Part shown: piece after piece, positions 17,494 through 25,528 of the stretch
Numbering within the stretch: the stretch's first letter is position 1
How the letters are laid out: each line of letters begins with the position of its first letter
Origin: Acuticoccus sp.
GTDB lineage: Bacteria > Pseudomonadota > Alphaproteobacteria > Rhizobiales > Amorphaceae
Direction of reading: 5' to 3'
Assembly (NCBI RefSeq): GCF_965213555.1
Contig: NZ_OZ243890.1
Span: 3,573,918-3,605,917 of the forward strand
Length of the DNA: 32,000 bases
Notes under the pieces: model-generated
The model's input: only the letters and a program-made list of their open reading frames with translations
What the model was told of the DNA's origin: nothing
The model's database searches: none
Translations under genes and position numbers: made by a program

Positions 17494-17816
17494 CGCCGAG
17501 GATCGGTGTGCTGCGGCGACGCCTCGCGCTCGAGGCCCCGGTCGACGTGCCGGACGGTGCCGGCGGCGTGGCACGGAGCTGGAACGAGATCGCAAGCGTT
17601 TGGGCGGAGGTTGCGCCCCGCCGCTCGAGCGAGACCGTCGAGGACGGTCGCGCCGTTGGGCTCGTGACGCACCGTGTAACGCTGCGTCGACGCGACGACG
17701 TCGAACGTGGTGTTCGGTTCACGGACGGCGAGGAGCGCTACCGCGTGCTCACCGTCGTCGAGGGCGATGCACAACGGCGCTTCCTCGATTGCCTGTGCGA
17801 GGAGGAGCAACCGTGA
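17490..17816 (+). CDS. g7: GTA head closure / head-tail joining protein
   Basis: The 108-aa ORF overlaps g6 by ATGA. WNEIASVWAEVAPRRSSE ... GLVTHRVTLRRRDD is typical of the SPP1 gp16 / TIGR01563-type adaptor. Confidence 0.8.
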   Translation: MTPRIGVLRRRLALEAPVDVPDGAGGVARSWNEIASVWAEVAPRRSSETVEDGRAVGLVTHRVTLRRRDDVERGVRFTDGEERYRVLTVVEGDAQRRFLDCLCEEEQP

Positions 17817-18220
17817 GCGACGCACGCCACGCGCTCCTCTCAGCGATCCATCAAAGGCTGACCGCGGATGCCGTGCTCGGAGCGGTGCTTGCCGGCTCCC
17901 AAGTGTTCGATGGGACGCCTCAGGGAGTGCCGTACCCCTTCGTCGCGACCGGGGAAGTGCGGTCGCGGCCGCTCGACGGGGATGATCCGCCGACGTTGGA
18001 GCACCGCGTCGAGCTCGTCGTCCACTCACGGGCCGCGGGCCGACGTGAGGCGTCCGACGTTGCAGAACGCGTTCGCATGTTGGTCGACGGCGCCGCCCTC
18101 GCACCTGCGGGGCACCGGCTGGTGTCCATCCGCCACATCGACACCGAGGTCATCGGGAGCCGGGACGGGCGGGCCTACAGGGCGCGGATGAGGTTCCGCG
18201 CCCTGACTGAAGCGAACTGA
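17813..18220 (+). CDS. g8: GTA tail terminator (DUF3168)
   Basis: This uses the frame of track ORF 17600..18220, starting at the GTG at 17813 (GTGA overlap with g7). It reads ALLSAIHQRLTADAVLGAVLAGSQVFDGTPQGVPYPFV ... HRVELVVHSR. Confidence 0.8.
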   Translation: MSDARHALLSAIHQRLTADAVLGAVLAGSQVFDGTPQGVPYPFVATGEVRSRPLDGDDPPTLEHRVELVVHSRAAGRREASDVAERVRMLVDGAALAPAGHRLVSIRHIDTEVIGSRDGRAYRARMRFRALTEAN

Positions 18221-18231
18221 AGGAGGGCGCC

Positions 18232-18645
18232 TTGGGTGCGCAAAAGGGCAAGGACCTTCTGTTGAAGGTGGACGACAGCGGTGCCGGGTCCTTCGTGACC
18301 GTTGCTGGCCTCAGGTCGAAGCGGATCTCGTTCGGCGCTGAGGCGGTGGACGTTACCGATCAGGGCTCGGCCGGGCAGTGGCGTGAGCTCCTCGACGGAG
18401 CGGGTGTGCGCCGTGCGAACCTCGCAGGCTCCGGCATCTTCAAGGATGCTGCGTCTGACGGCGCTGTGCGCGCGATCTTCTTCACCGGAGCGGTGCGCAA
18501 CTGGCAGGTGATCGTGCCGGACTTCGGCACGATTGCGGGACCGTTCCAGGTGACCGCACTCGAGTACGGCGGCAACCACGACGGCGAGGTCGTCTACGAG
18601 ATCGCGATGGAGTCGGCCGGCGAGCTGACCTTCGCGGCGCTGTGA
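18232..18645 (+). CDS. g9: GTA major tail protein (TP901-1-like)
   Basis: A TTG start at 18232 follows AGGAGGG. It reads GKDLLLKVDDSGAGSFVTVAGLRSKRISFGAEAVDVTDQGSAGQWRELL. Confidence 0.85.
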   Translation: MGAQKGKDLLLKVDDSGAGSFVTVAGLRSKRISFGAEAVDVTDQGSAGQWRELLDGAGVRRANLAGSGIFKDAASDGAVRAIFFTGAVRNWQVIVPDFGTIAGPFQVTALEYGGNHDGEVVYEIAMESAGELTFAAL

Positions 18646-18656
18646 CGGGGGTTGGG

Positions 18657-18986
18657 ATGGCCAATCGGTACCGTGGCGAGGTCAGTGCCGTCCTCAATGG
18701 CCGGTCATGGACACTCTGCCTGACGCTCGGCGCGCTTGCCGAGCTGGAGGGTGCGTTCCAGTGCGAGGACATGACGGCGCTGGTCGACAGGTTCTCCTCG
18801 GGCAAGTTGTCGGCGCGTGATGCGGTCCGCATCATCGGTGCGGGCCTGCGCGGCGCCGGCAACGCCATCGACGACGACGAGGTGGCCCGGATGACGGCGG
18901 CCGGCGGCGCAGCAGGGTACGCCGCGGTCGTCACCGCCCTTCTCACCGCCACGTTCGGTGCCGGCGAGGCTAACGACCCTTCTTGA
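18657..18986 (+). CDS. g10: GTA tail assembly chaperone
   Basis: The ATG at 18657 gives MANRYRGEVSAVLNGRSWTLCLTLGALAELEGAF, the N-terminus I recall for this family. An upstream GTG at 18642, overlapping the g9 stop, is an alternative start. Confidence 0.75.
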   Translation: MANRYRGEVSAVLNGRSWTLCLTLGALAELEGAFQCEDMTALVDRFSSGKLSARDAVRIIGAGLRGAGNAIDDDEVARMTAAGGAAGYAAVVTALLTATFGAGEANDPS

Positions 18987-19192
18987 CCACGGCCGCGCCT
19001 CATCAGGCGCGGCCGTTCCCATGGCACGAGTTGATGGCGCTGTTCCTCGGAGAGCGGAACCTCGCACCCGCCGACTTCTGGGCTCTGACCCTACCCGAGA
19101 TCCAAGCCGTGATCGGGCCTCGCGCGTCCGTTGCGACGAGGCGGGGTGAGCTCACGCGCCTCATGGAAGAGTTTCCCGATGGCCGACCTTGA
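18983..19192 (+). CDS. g10.1: GTA g10.1-like small protein (second tail chaperone)
   Basis: The 69-aa ORF has a TTG start overlapping the g10 stop (TTGA) and lies in the -1 frame relative to g10. It reads FPWHELMALFLGERNLAPADFWALTLPEIQAV. Confidence 0.6.
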   Translation: MTTAAPHQARPFPWHELMALFLGERNLAPADFWALTLPEIQAVIGPRASVATRRGELTRLMEEFPDGRP

Positions 19193-19754
19193 CGACATCT
19201 CCGACAGCGCTGCGTTGGCGCAAGATCTCTCCGACACGCTGACGATCTCGGCGCAGACCTTCTCGCGTGTCATCGCGACCGGGATGAGGAACGCGGTGGC
19301 CGAGGGGCACACGCTGGATCGCGTGTTGAAGCAGGCCGCGCTTTCGATCTCCAACTCAGCGCTGAAGGCTGGGCTGCAGCCGCTTGCGAACCTCGTCGGA
19401 CAGGGGGCGAACGCCGTCTTCGGGGGGCTCGGTCACGCCTTCGGCGGGAGTGTTGCGACGGCCGCGACGAAGGTGGTGCCGTTCGCCGAGGGCGGTGTCA
19501 TCGGCGCGCCGACCGCGTTTCCGATGTCCGGCGGTCGTGTCGGCTTGATGGGGGAGGCCGGCCGCGAAGCCGTGTTGCCCTTGGCCCGCGGCTCCGACGG
19601 ACGCCTCGGCGTTGCGCTCGAGGGCGCAGGCAGGGGCGGGACGACCATCAACGTATCCATTGCGACGCCCGATCCTGACGCCTTCCAGCGGTCCGAGGCG
19701 CAGGTGACGGCGATGCTCGCGCGGGCGGTGGCCCGCGGCCAGCGGGGGCTCTGA
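19179..19754 (+). CDS. g11: GTA tape measure protein (short, 191 aa)
   Basis: This is track ORF 19131..19754, trimmed to the ATG at 19179 (MADLDDISDSAALAQDL). The central region is Gly/Ala-rich. VVPFAEGGVIGAPTAFPMSGGRVGLMGEAGREAVLPLARGSDGRLGV is typical of GTA tape measures. Confidence 0.75.
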   Translation: MADLDDISDSAALAQDLSDTLTISAQTFSRVIATGMRNAVAEGHTLDRVLKQAALSISNSALKAGLQPLANLVGQGANAVFGGLGHAFGGSVATAATKVVPFAEGGVIGAPTAFPMSGGRVGLMGEAGREAVLPLARGSDGRLGVALEGAGRGGTTINVSIATPDPDAFQRSEAQVTAMLARAVARGQRGL

Positions 19755-20389
19755 TGGACGAGTTTCACGACGTGAGGTTCCCGCTCGCCGTCTCATTCGG
19801 CGCGACGGGAGGACCCGAGCGGCGCACGGAGATCGTGACGTTGGGCTCGGGCCAGGAAGAGCGCAACCAGCGGTGGGCGATGAGCCGTCGCCGCTACGAC
19901 GCAGGAACGGGAGTTCGAAACAGTGACGATCTCGCAGTGGTGGTCGACTTTTTTGAGGAGCGTCGAGGGCGCCTTTATGGATTCCGATACCGCGATCCGC
20001 TCGACCACAAGAGCTGCGCGCCGAGCGATCAACCGTCTGCGCAGGACCAGCTTCTGGGCGTCGGTGACGGGTCTCGCGTCGCGTTTCAGCTGATCAAGCA
20101 GTACGGCGACGAGTTCGCGCCGTACGACCGTCCCATCGTCCTCCCGGTCGCTGGGACCCTGCTTGTGGAGGTCGGGGGAGTGACCCGCGTCGAGGGCGGC
20201 GACTTCACGCTCGAGAAGGGGCTCATCACGTTCCGACCGGAGGTCGTTCCGCAGGAGGGCCAGGCGGTCACCGCCGGCTACCAGTTCGACGTGCCCGTGC
20301 GCTTCGAAACCGATCGGTTGGAGATCAATCTGTCGCGCGTGGCTTCTGGCTCGATCCCCTCCATCCCTGTCGTGGAGATCACGCTATGA
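19754..20389 (+). CDS. g12: GTA distal tail protein (DUF2460/TIGR02217)
   Basis: FHDVRFPLAVSFGATGGPERRTEIVTLGSGQEERNQRW ... RRRYDAG. It overlaps the g11 stop by 1 nt. Confidence 0.85.
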   Translation: MDEFHDVRFPLAVSFGATGGPERRTEIVTLGSGQEERNQRWAMSRRRYDAGTGVRNSDDLAVVVDFFEERRGRLYGFRYRDPLDHKSCAPSDQPSAQDQLLGVGDGSRVAFQLIKQYGDEFAPYDRPIVLPVAGTLLVEVGGVTRVEGGDFTLEKGLITFRPEVVPQEGQAVTAGYQFDVPVRFETDRLEINLSRVASGSIPSIPVVEITL

Positions 20390-21237
20390 GGGCGATCCCC
20401 GGGAACCTCCAGGCGCACCTTAGCGTCGGCGTGACGACGCTGTGCCGCTGTTGGCAGGTCGAGCGCACGGACGGCGTCGTTCTCGGCTTCACCGACCACG
20501 ATGGGCCGGTGGCATTCGACGGGATCGTGCACTCTGCGATGTCGGGCCTTGCCTCGACCGGCGACGTCACCCGGACCGGGCTCGGCGTCGGCGGGCTGGA
20601 GATCGCAGGCGCGTTGTCCTCGGCGGGGCTCGACGCCGGGGAACTCGAATCCGGGTGGTACGACTTCGCGCGTGTGAGGTTGTGGCTCGTCAACTGGGCG
20701 GACGTGACCGAACGCGTCCTCCTACGCTCGGGCACCCTCGGCGAGGTGACCCGCGAGGATGGTGCGTTCCGCGCCGAGGTGCGCGGGCCAGCGCAGGCAC
20801 TGGAGACGGTGCGCGGACGCGTGTTCACCCACGCCTGCGACGCAGACCTCGGCGACGAGCGCTGTCGGGTCGACCTCGCTGCGCTGGCCCGCGAGGCGAC
20901 CGTGATCGCCGTCAACGGCCCGCGAGTGACGGTAGAGGGGCTCGTCGACGCGCACAGCGGCACGTTCTTCGACGGCTCGCTTCAGGTCCTCACCGGCGAG
21001 GCGGTCGGCGCTCGAGCGGCGATCGCCGTGCACGGTCGGGATGTTCACGGAACGGTGCTGCGCCTGCGTACGGCGGTTCTCCGCCTTGCGAGCGGTGATG
21101 TCGTGAGGCTGAGCGCCGGTTGCGACAAGCGCTTTGCCACGTGCCGCGATCGATACTCCAACACCGCCAACTATCAGGGCTTCCCCCATCTGCCGGGCAA
21201 CGATCGCGCGTTCGCCTACGCCCGGGGAAACTCGTGA
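20386..21237 (+). CDS. g13: GTA hub/baseplate protein (DUF2163 plus BR0599-type C-terminus)
   Basis: CRCWQVERTDGVVLGFTDHD at the N-terminus and GCDKRFATCRDRYSNTANYQGFPHLPGND at the C-terminus. It overlaps g12 by ATGA. Confidence 0.85.
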   Translation: MRAIPGNLQAHLSVGVTTLCRCWQVERTDGVVLGFTDHDGPVAFDGIVHSAMSGLASTGDVTRTGLGVGGLEIAGALSSAGLDAGELESGWYDFARVRLWLVNWADVTERVLLRSGTLGEVTREDGAFRAEVRGPAQALETVRGRVFTHACDADLGDERCRVDLAALAREATVIAVNGPRVTVEGLVDAHSGTFFDGSLQVLTGEAVGARAAIAVHGRDVHGTVLRLRTAVLRLASGDVVRLSAGCDKRFATCRDRYSNTANYQGFPHLPGNDRAFAYARGNS

Positions 21238-21662
21238 GGCGGACGACGGTGGCGACCACCGCGCGCGAGTGGATCGGCACGCCATACCATCATCAGGCCT
21301 CGCGCCGCGGTGCTGGGTGCGACTGCCTGGGGCTCGTGCGCGGGGTGTGGCGGGAGCTGTTCGGCACCGAGCCCGAGGCCGCACCGCCTTACTCCCCGGA
21401 CTGGGCAGAAGCCGTCGGTGAGGAGACCCTGCTGCAGGCCGCGAGCCGGCACTTCGTCCCGACCGATGCAGTGCGCGATGGCTCGCTCCTCGTGTTCCGT
21501 TGGAAGGCCGGGACGCCGGCAAAGCACGTCGGGATCGCCGTCAACGCGGCGCGGTTCGTGCACGCCTACGACGCGGCAGGACGCGCGGTCGAGGGCGAGC
21601 TCTGCGCGATGTGGCGCCGCCGCCTCGTCGCGACTTACGACTTTCCGGGAGTGACGGACTGA
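21234..21662 (+). CDS. g14: GTA NlpC/P60 cell-wall peptidase
   Basis: This uses the frame of track ORF 21120..21662, starting at the GTG at 21234 (GTGA overlap). AREWIGTPYHHQASRRGAGCDCLGLVRGVW carries the catalytic Cys. KHVGIAV and FVHAY carry the His residues. Confidence 0.85.
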   Translation: MRRTTVATTAREWIGTPYHHQASRRGAGCDCLGLVRGVWRELFGTEPEAAPPYSPDWAEAVGEETLLQAASRHFVPTDAVRDGSLLVFRWKAGTPAKHVGIAVNAARFVHAYDAAGRAVEGELCAMWRRRLVATYDFPGVTD

Positions 21663-24600
21663 TGGCAACGCTTGTGCTGCAGGCGGCCGGACAGGCCGTC
21701 GGTGGGTTCCTCGGCCCGGTTGGGGCCGTCGTCGGTCGAGCCGCGGGGGCGCTCGCCGGCAACCTGATCGACCAGCAACTCTTCGGGCCGCGCCAGCCGA
21801 CCCGCTCCATTGGGCGCATCGACGACCTCACGGTGCAGACGGCGTCCGAGGGCAACCCGATCCCCAAGGTGTTCGGTCGGATGCGGCTCGCCGGCACGGT
21901 CATCTGGGCCACCGACTTCGAGGAGCGGGCGTCGACGAGTGCCGTTGGCGGGAAGGGTGGTGGCAGCGCGGGCAGCGTCCGTGAGTACAGCTACACGGTG
22001 AACTTCGCGGTCGGCCTCTGCGAGGGCCCGATCGCCCGGGTCGGCCGCGTGTGGGCCGACGGCGAGCCCATGGACCTGACCCGGGTTTCCCATCGCGTCT
22101 ACACCGGGACGCCGGATCAGGACGTCGATCCCCTGATCGAGGCGATCGAGGGGACCGCGCCGGCCTACCGCAACCTTGCTTACGTGGTGTTCGAGGGCCT
22201 GCCGGTGGGCCCGTACGGGAACCGTCTGCCGCAGCTGACCTTCGAGGTGCTGCGTCCCGTGGGTCAGCTCGAGACCGAGGTCCGCGCCATCACGATGATC
22301 CCCGGTGCCACAGAGTTCGGGTACGATCCGGAGTTGGTGCGGCGGCGCGTCGGCCCCGGCGAGGCGATCGCCGACAACCGCCACCTCGGCGTTGCCGACA
22401 CGGACCTCGAGGCGTCCCTCGACGAGCTCGTTGCCTTGTGCCCGAACCTCGAGCGGGTTGCGCTCGTCGTGGCTTGGTTCGGCGACGACCTGAGGGCCGG
22501 CGAATGCACGCTGCGCCCGAAGGTCGAAGGGCGCCACCGTGACACCAACGTCCCGTGGTTCGTCGCCGAGCACGATCGCGGGTCCGCGACGCTCGTCAGC
22601 CAGGATGCCGCTGGGCGCTCGTACTACGGCGGCACTCCTTCGGACGGGTCCGTGCTCCGCGCCATCCGCGCGATCAAGGCTCGTGGTCTCAAGGTGGTGT
22701 TCTACCCGTTCGTCTTGATGGATGTTCCTCCCGGCAACGGCCTCGTTGATCCCTACGGCGGCGAGGAGCAGGCGCCCTTCCCGTGGCGTGGGCGCATTAC
22801 GGTGCGGCCCGACGGGAACACCGACGCGGACGTTGCTATCCAGCGCTTCGTGGGTGCGGCGTCCGCCGCGCAGTTTTCCGGCGCAGAGGAGCGCGTCAGC
22901 TACTCCGGTCCACAGGAGTGGTCGCTGCGGCGGATGGTGCTGCACTATGCGCAGCTCACGCAGCAGGCAGGCGGCGTCGATGCGTTCCTGATCGGCTCCG
23001 AGCTGGTCGGGCTGACCCGGGTGCGAGGGGCCAGCGACTATCCATTCGTCGCCGCGCTTGCTGAGCTCGCGGACGACGTTCGCATGATCGTCGGCCCGGC
23101 CACGAAGATCTCCTACGCGGCGGATTGGTCGGAGTACTTTGGTCATCAGGTATCCGGCGAAGACTTTGTCTTCCACCTCGACCCGCTGTGGGCGAGCCCG
23201 AACATCGACTTCATCGGCATCGACAACTACTGGCCGCTGTCGGATTGGCGGGATGGCGACCACCTCGACGCGGCGAATGCAGCCGACGTTTACGACGCCG
23301 CCTACTTGAGCGGAAACATCTCTGGCGGCGAGGGGTACGACTGGTTCTACGCCGATGCCGCGGCGAGGGCGGCGCAGGTGCGCACACCCATCGTCGACGA
23401 GGCCTACGGCAAGCCGTGGCTGTACCGCTTCAAGGACCTCGCAGGCTGGTGGGGAAGCCGGCACCATGACCGCATCGCCGGAGTGGAGCGCGCGCAGCCC
23501 ACGGCCTGGGAACCTGGGTCGAAGCCGATCTGGTTCACCGAGGTTGGCTGCCCGGCGGTCGACCGTGGCTCGAACCAGCCGAACGTCTTCTACGACCCAA
23601 AGAGCGTGGAGTCGGCGCTGCCCTACTACTCGCATGGGCGGCGCGACGATGCGATGCAGCGGGCCTACCTGGCTGCCATGCTTAGCGTGTTCGGGACGTC
23701 GAGCCCGCAGAGCGCAGCCAACCCGGTCTCGGCTGTCTATGGAGGGCGGATGGTTGAACCGTCGGCGATCCACGTGTGGACCTGGGACGCGCGGCCCTGG
23801 CCGGCGTTCCCCCATCGTCAGGACATCTGGGCGGACGGCACCAACTGGGAGCGCGGCCACTGGGTCAACGGTCGCTTCGGTGGGCTGCCGCTCGATGGGC
23901 TCGTCGCAGCGCTGTTCGGGTGCTGGGGCCTCGATGCGCCCTCCGTCGAGGGTGTGCCCGTGGTGCTAGACGGCTTCCTTGTTTCTGGGCCGACCAGCCT
24001 TCGCGCGGTGCTCGAGCCGCTGCTGGCCGCAGTTTGTGCGGTCGCAGCGGACACTGGGACCGAGCTGCGCATCGTGGGGCTGTCTCGTCCGAGCTCGCTG
24101 ACGATCGACGAGGCGTGTCTCGTGGAGGTCGACGGGCGTACCCCTTTGGTCAGTGAGACCCGGGAGGAGGCGCAGAGCCTGCCCGTTGAGGTTCGGCTGC
24201 GCTACTTCGACAGCGGGCGCGACTTCCAAGTGGCGAGCGCGCGGTACCGGCCGCGGGAGGGCTCGGCCCGGCAGACGGAGAGCATCGCCGTCCCTGCGAG
24301 CATGAACGGTGGGCTCGCCGCCGAGCTCGCCGAGCTCGCGCTGGCGGTGCGCTGGACCGGTCGTACGACGGTCCGCTTCGCCCTGCCCCTGTCGAAGCTC
24401 GCGCTGGTGCCAGGCGACATCGTCACCGTCGTCTACGACGGGTTGTCGCGAGACTTCATCATCGAGGAGATCGAGGACCTCGGCCCACGACTCGTGACCG
24501 CGCGCAGCATCGATCGCGCAGCGCAGGTGGTGACGCCGGTCCCAGGATCCTCGGAGCCGCCGGTGATGCCTCCGATGTTGGCACCACCAGTGGCATTCGG

Positions 24601-25528
24601 ACTCAACCTGCCGCTGGTGGACGACACGGTGGCCGAACACGGGCCGTGGCTCGGCGTCTTCGCGCGGCCGTTCCCGGCTGCGATGGGCGTCTGGCGACTG
24701 GTGCCGGGCGGATCGTTCCAGCTTCTACGCACGATCGAACGGCCGGCCTCCCTCGGCGAGCTCCTGTCGGCGAGCCCGCCGGCGCCGACGAACCGCTGGC
24801 ATTACGGCGGGGAGCTCGTCGTCCACCTTTACAACACCCGGGTGTCGTCGGCGCCGCGGGTCGACGTCCTAAGCGGCGCGAACGCCGTCGCGGTGCGCTC
24901 CGACAGCGGGGTCTGGGAAGTCTTGCAGTTCCGCGACGCGGAGCTCGTCGGCGAGCGGACCTATCGCCTCTCCGTCCTCCTACGTGGCCAGCTAGGCACC
25001 GAGGACGCGACGGCGTCGGGCTTGTCCGTGGGTTCGCCCGTGGCGCTACTCGACGGGACGCTCTCGACGCTTCCCCTGGGACGCAACGAGGTCGGCCTCG
25101 ATCGCACGTACCGGGTCGGGCCACTCGGCGAGGGCGTCGGCGGCTCGAACACCGTCACCTTCGACTTCATCGGCACCGGACGTGCCCTCATGCCTTATTC
25201 GCCGGTGCACGGCGAGGCGCGGCTTCGCGAGGACGGCGCGCTGTTCCTGTCCTGGATCCGGCGGACCCGGACCGGCGGCGGGTCGTGGTCTGCCTCGGAG
25301 GTGCCGCTCGGTGAAACCTCAGAGCTGTACAGGATCGAAATCCTGGACGGCGCCATCGTCGTGCGCTCGGCGGACGTGACGGAACCCACCTACACCTACG
25401 CACCGGCGGACCAGACCGCCGACTTCGGCGAGCGGCCCGACCCCGTGTCCTTCCGTGTCGCGCAGATCGCGCCGGGGTTCGGCCCGGGCGTCCCCTACGA
25501 GGTGACTGTGAATGTCAAACAGCCGTAA
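21662..25528 (+). CDS. g15: GTA g15 host-specificity 'megatron' protein (1288 aa)
   Basis: This is track ORF 21500..25528, trimmed to the ATG at 21662 (TGATG overlap with g14). Features: a Gly/Ala-rich N-terminus, IPKVFGRMRLAGTVIWATDFEE, YSYTVNFAVGLCEGPI, and a GTA TIM-barrel-like region (FIGIDNYWPLSDWRDG, WFTEVGCPAVDRGSNQPNVFYDPKS). Confidence 0.9.
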   Translation: MATLVLQAAGQAVGGFLGPVGAVVGRAAGALAGNLIDQQLFGPRQPTRSIGRIDDLTVQTASEGNPIPKVFGRMRLAGTVIWATDFEERASTSAVGGKGGGSAGSVREYSYTVNFAVGLCEGPIARVGRVWADGEPMDLTRVSHRVYTGTPDQDVDPLIEAIEGTAPAYRNLAYVVFEGLPVGPYGNRLPQLTFEVLRPVGQLETEVRAITMIPGATEFGYDPELVRRRVGPGEAIADNRHLGVADTDLEASLDELVALCPNLERVALVVAWFGDDLRAGECTLRPKVEGRHRDTNVPWFVAEHDRGSATLVSQDAAGRSYYGGTPSDGSVLRAIRAIKARGLKVVFYPFVLMDVPPGNGLVDPYGGEEQAPFPWRGRITVRPDGNTDADVAIQRFVGAASAAQFSGAEERVSYSGPQEWSLRRMVLHYAQLTQQAGGVDAFLIGSELVGLTRVRGASDYPFVAALAELADDVRMIVGPATKISYAADWSEYFGHQVSGEDFVFHLDPLWASPNIDFIGIDNYWPLSDWRDGDHLDAANAADVYDAAYLSGNISGGEGYDWFYADAAARAAQVRTPIVDEAYGKPWLYRFKDLAGWWGSRHHDRIAGVERAQPTAWEPGSKPIWFTEVGCPAVDRGSNQPNVFYDPKSVESALPYYSHGRRDDAMQRAYLAAMLSVFGTSSPQSAANPVSAVYGGRMVEPSAIHVWTWDARPWPAFPHRQDIWADGTNWERGHWVNGRFGGLPLDGLVAALFGCWGLDAPSVEGVPVVLDGFLVSGPTSLRAVLEPLLAAVCAVAADTGTELRIVGLSRPSSLTIDEACLVEVDGRTPLVSETREEAQSLPVEVRLRYFDSGRDFQVASARYRPREGSARQTESIAVPASMNGGLAAELAELALAVRWTGRTTVRFALPLSKLALVPGDIVTVVYDGLSRDFIIEEIEDLGPRLVTARSIDRAAQVVTPVPGSSEPPVMPPMLAPPVAFGLNLPLVDDTVAEHGPWLGVFARPFPAAMGVWRLVPGGSFQLLRTIERPASLGELLSASPPAPTNRWHYGGELVVHLYNTRVSSAPRVDVLSGANAVAVRSDSGVWEVLQFRDAELVGERTYRLSVLLRGQLGTEDATASGLSVGSPVALLDGTLSTLPLGRNEVGLDRTYRVGPLGEGVGGSNTVTFDFIGTGRALMPYSPVHGEARLREDGALFLSWIRRTRTGGGSWSASEVPLGETSELYRIEILDGAIVVRSADVTEPTYTYAPADQTADFGERPDPVSFRVAQIAPGFGPGVPYEVTVNVKQP

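Noticed and set aside
18960-18990. A programmed -1 ribosomal frameshift joining g10 and g10.1, as in phage G/GT tail chaperones. g10.1 does lie in the -1 frame relative to g10.
   Set aside because: The -1 frame is closed by a TAA at 18971-18973, so it is open for only about 10 nt before the g10 stop. The only candidate heptamer there (C CCT TCT) is not a canonical X XXY YYZ slippery site. Independent or re-initiating translation from the overlapping TTG (TTGA) is simpler.
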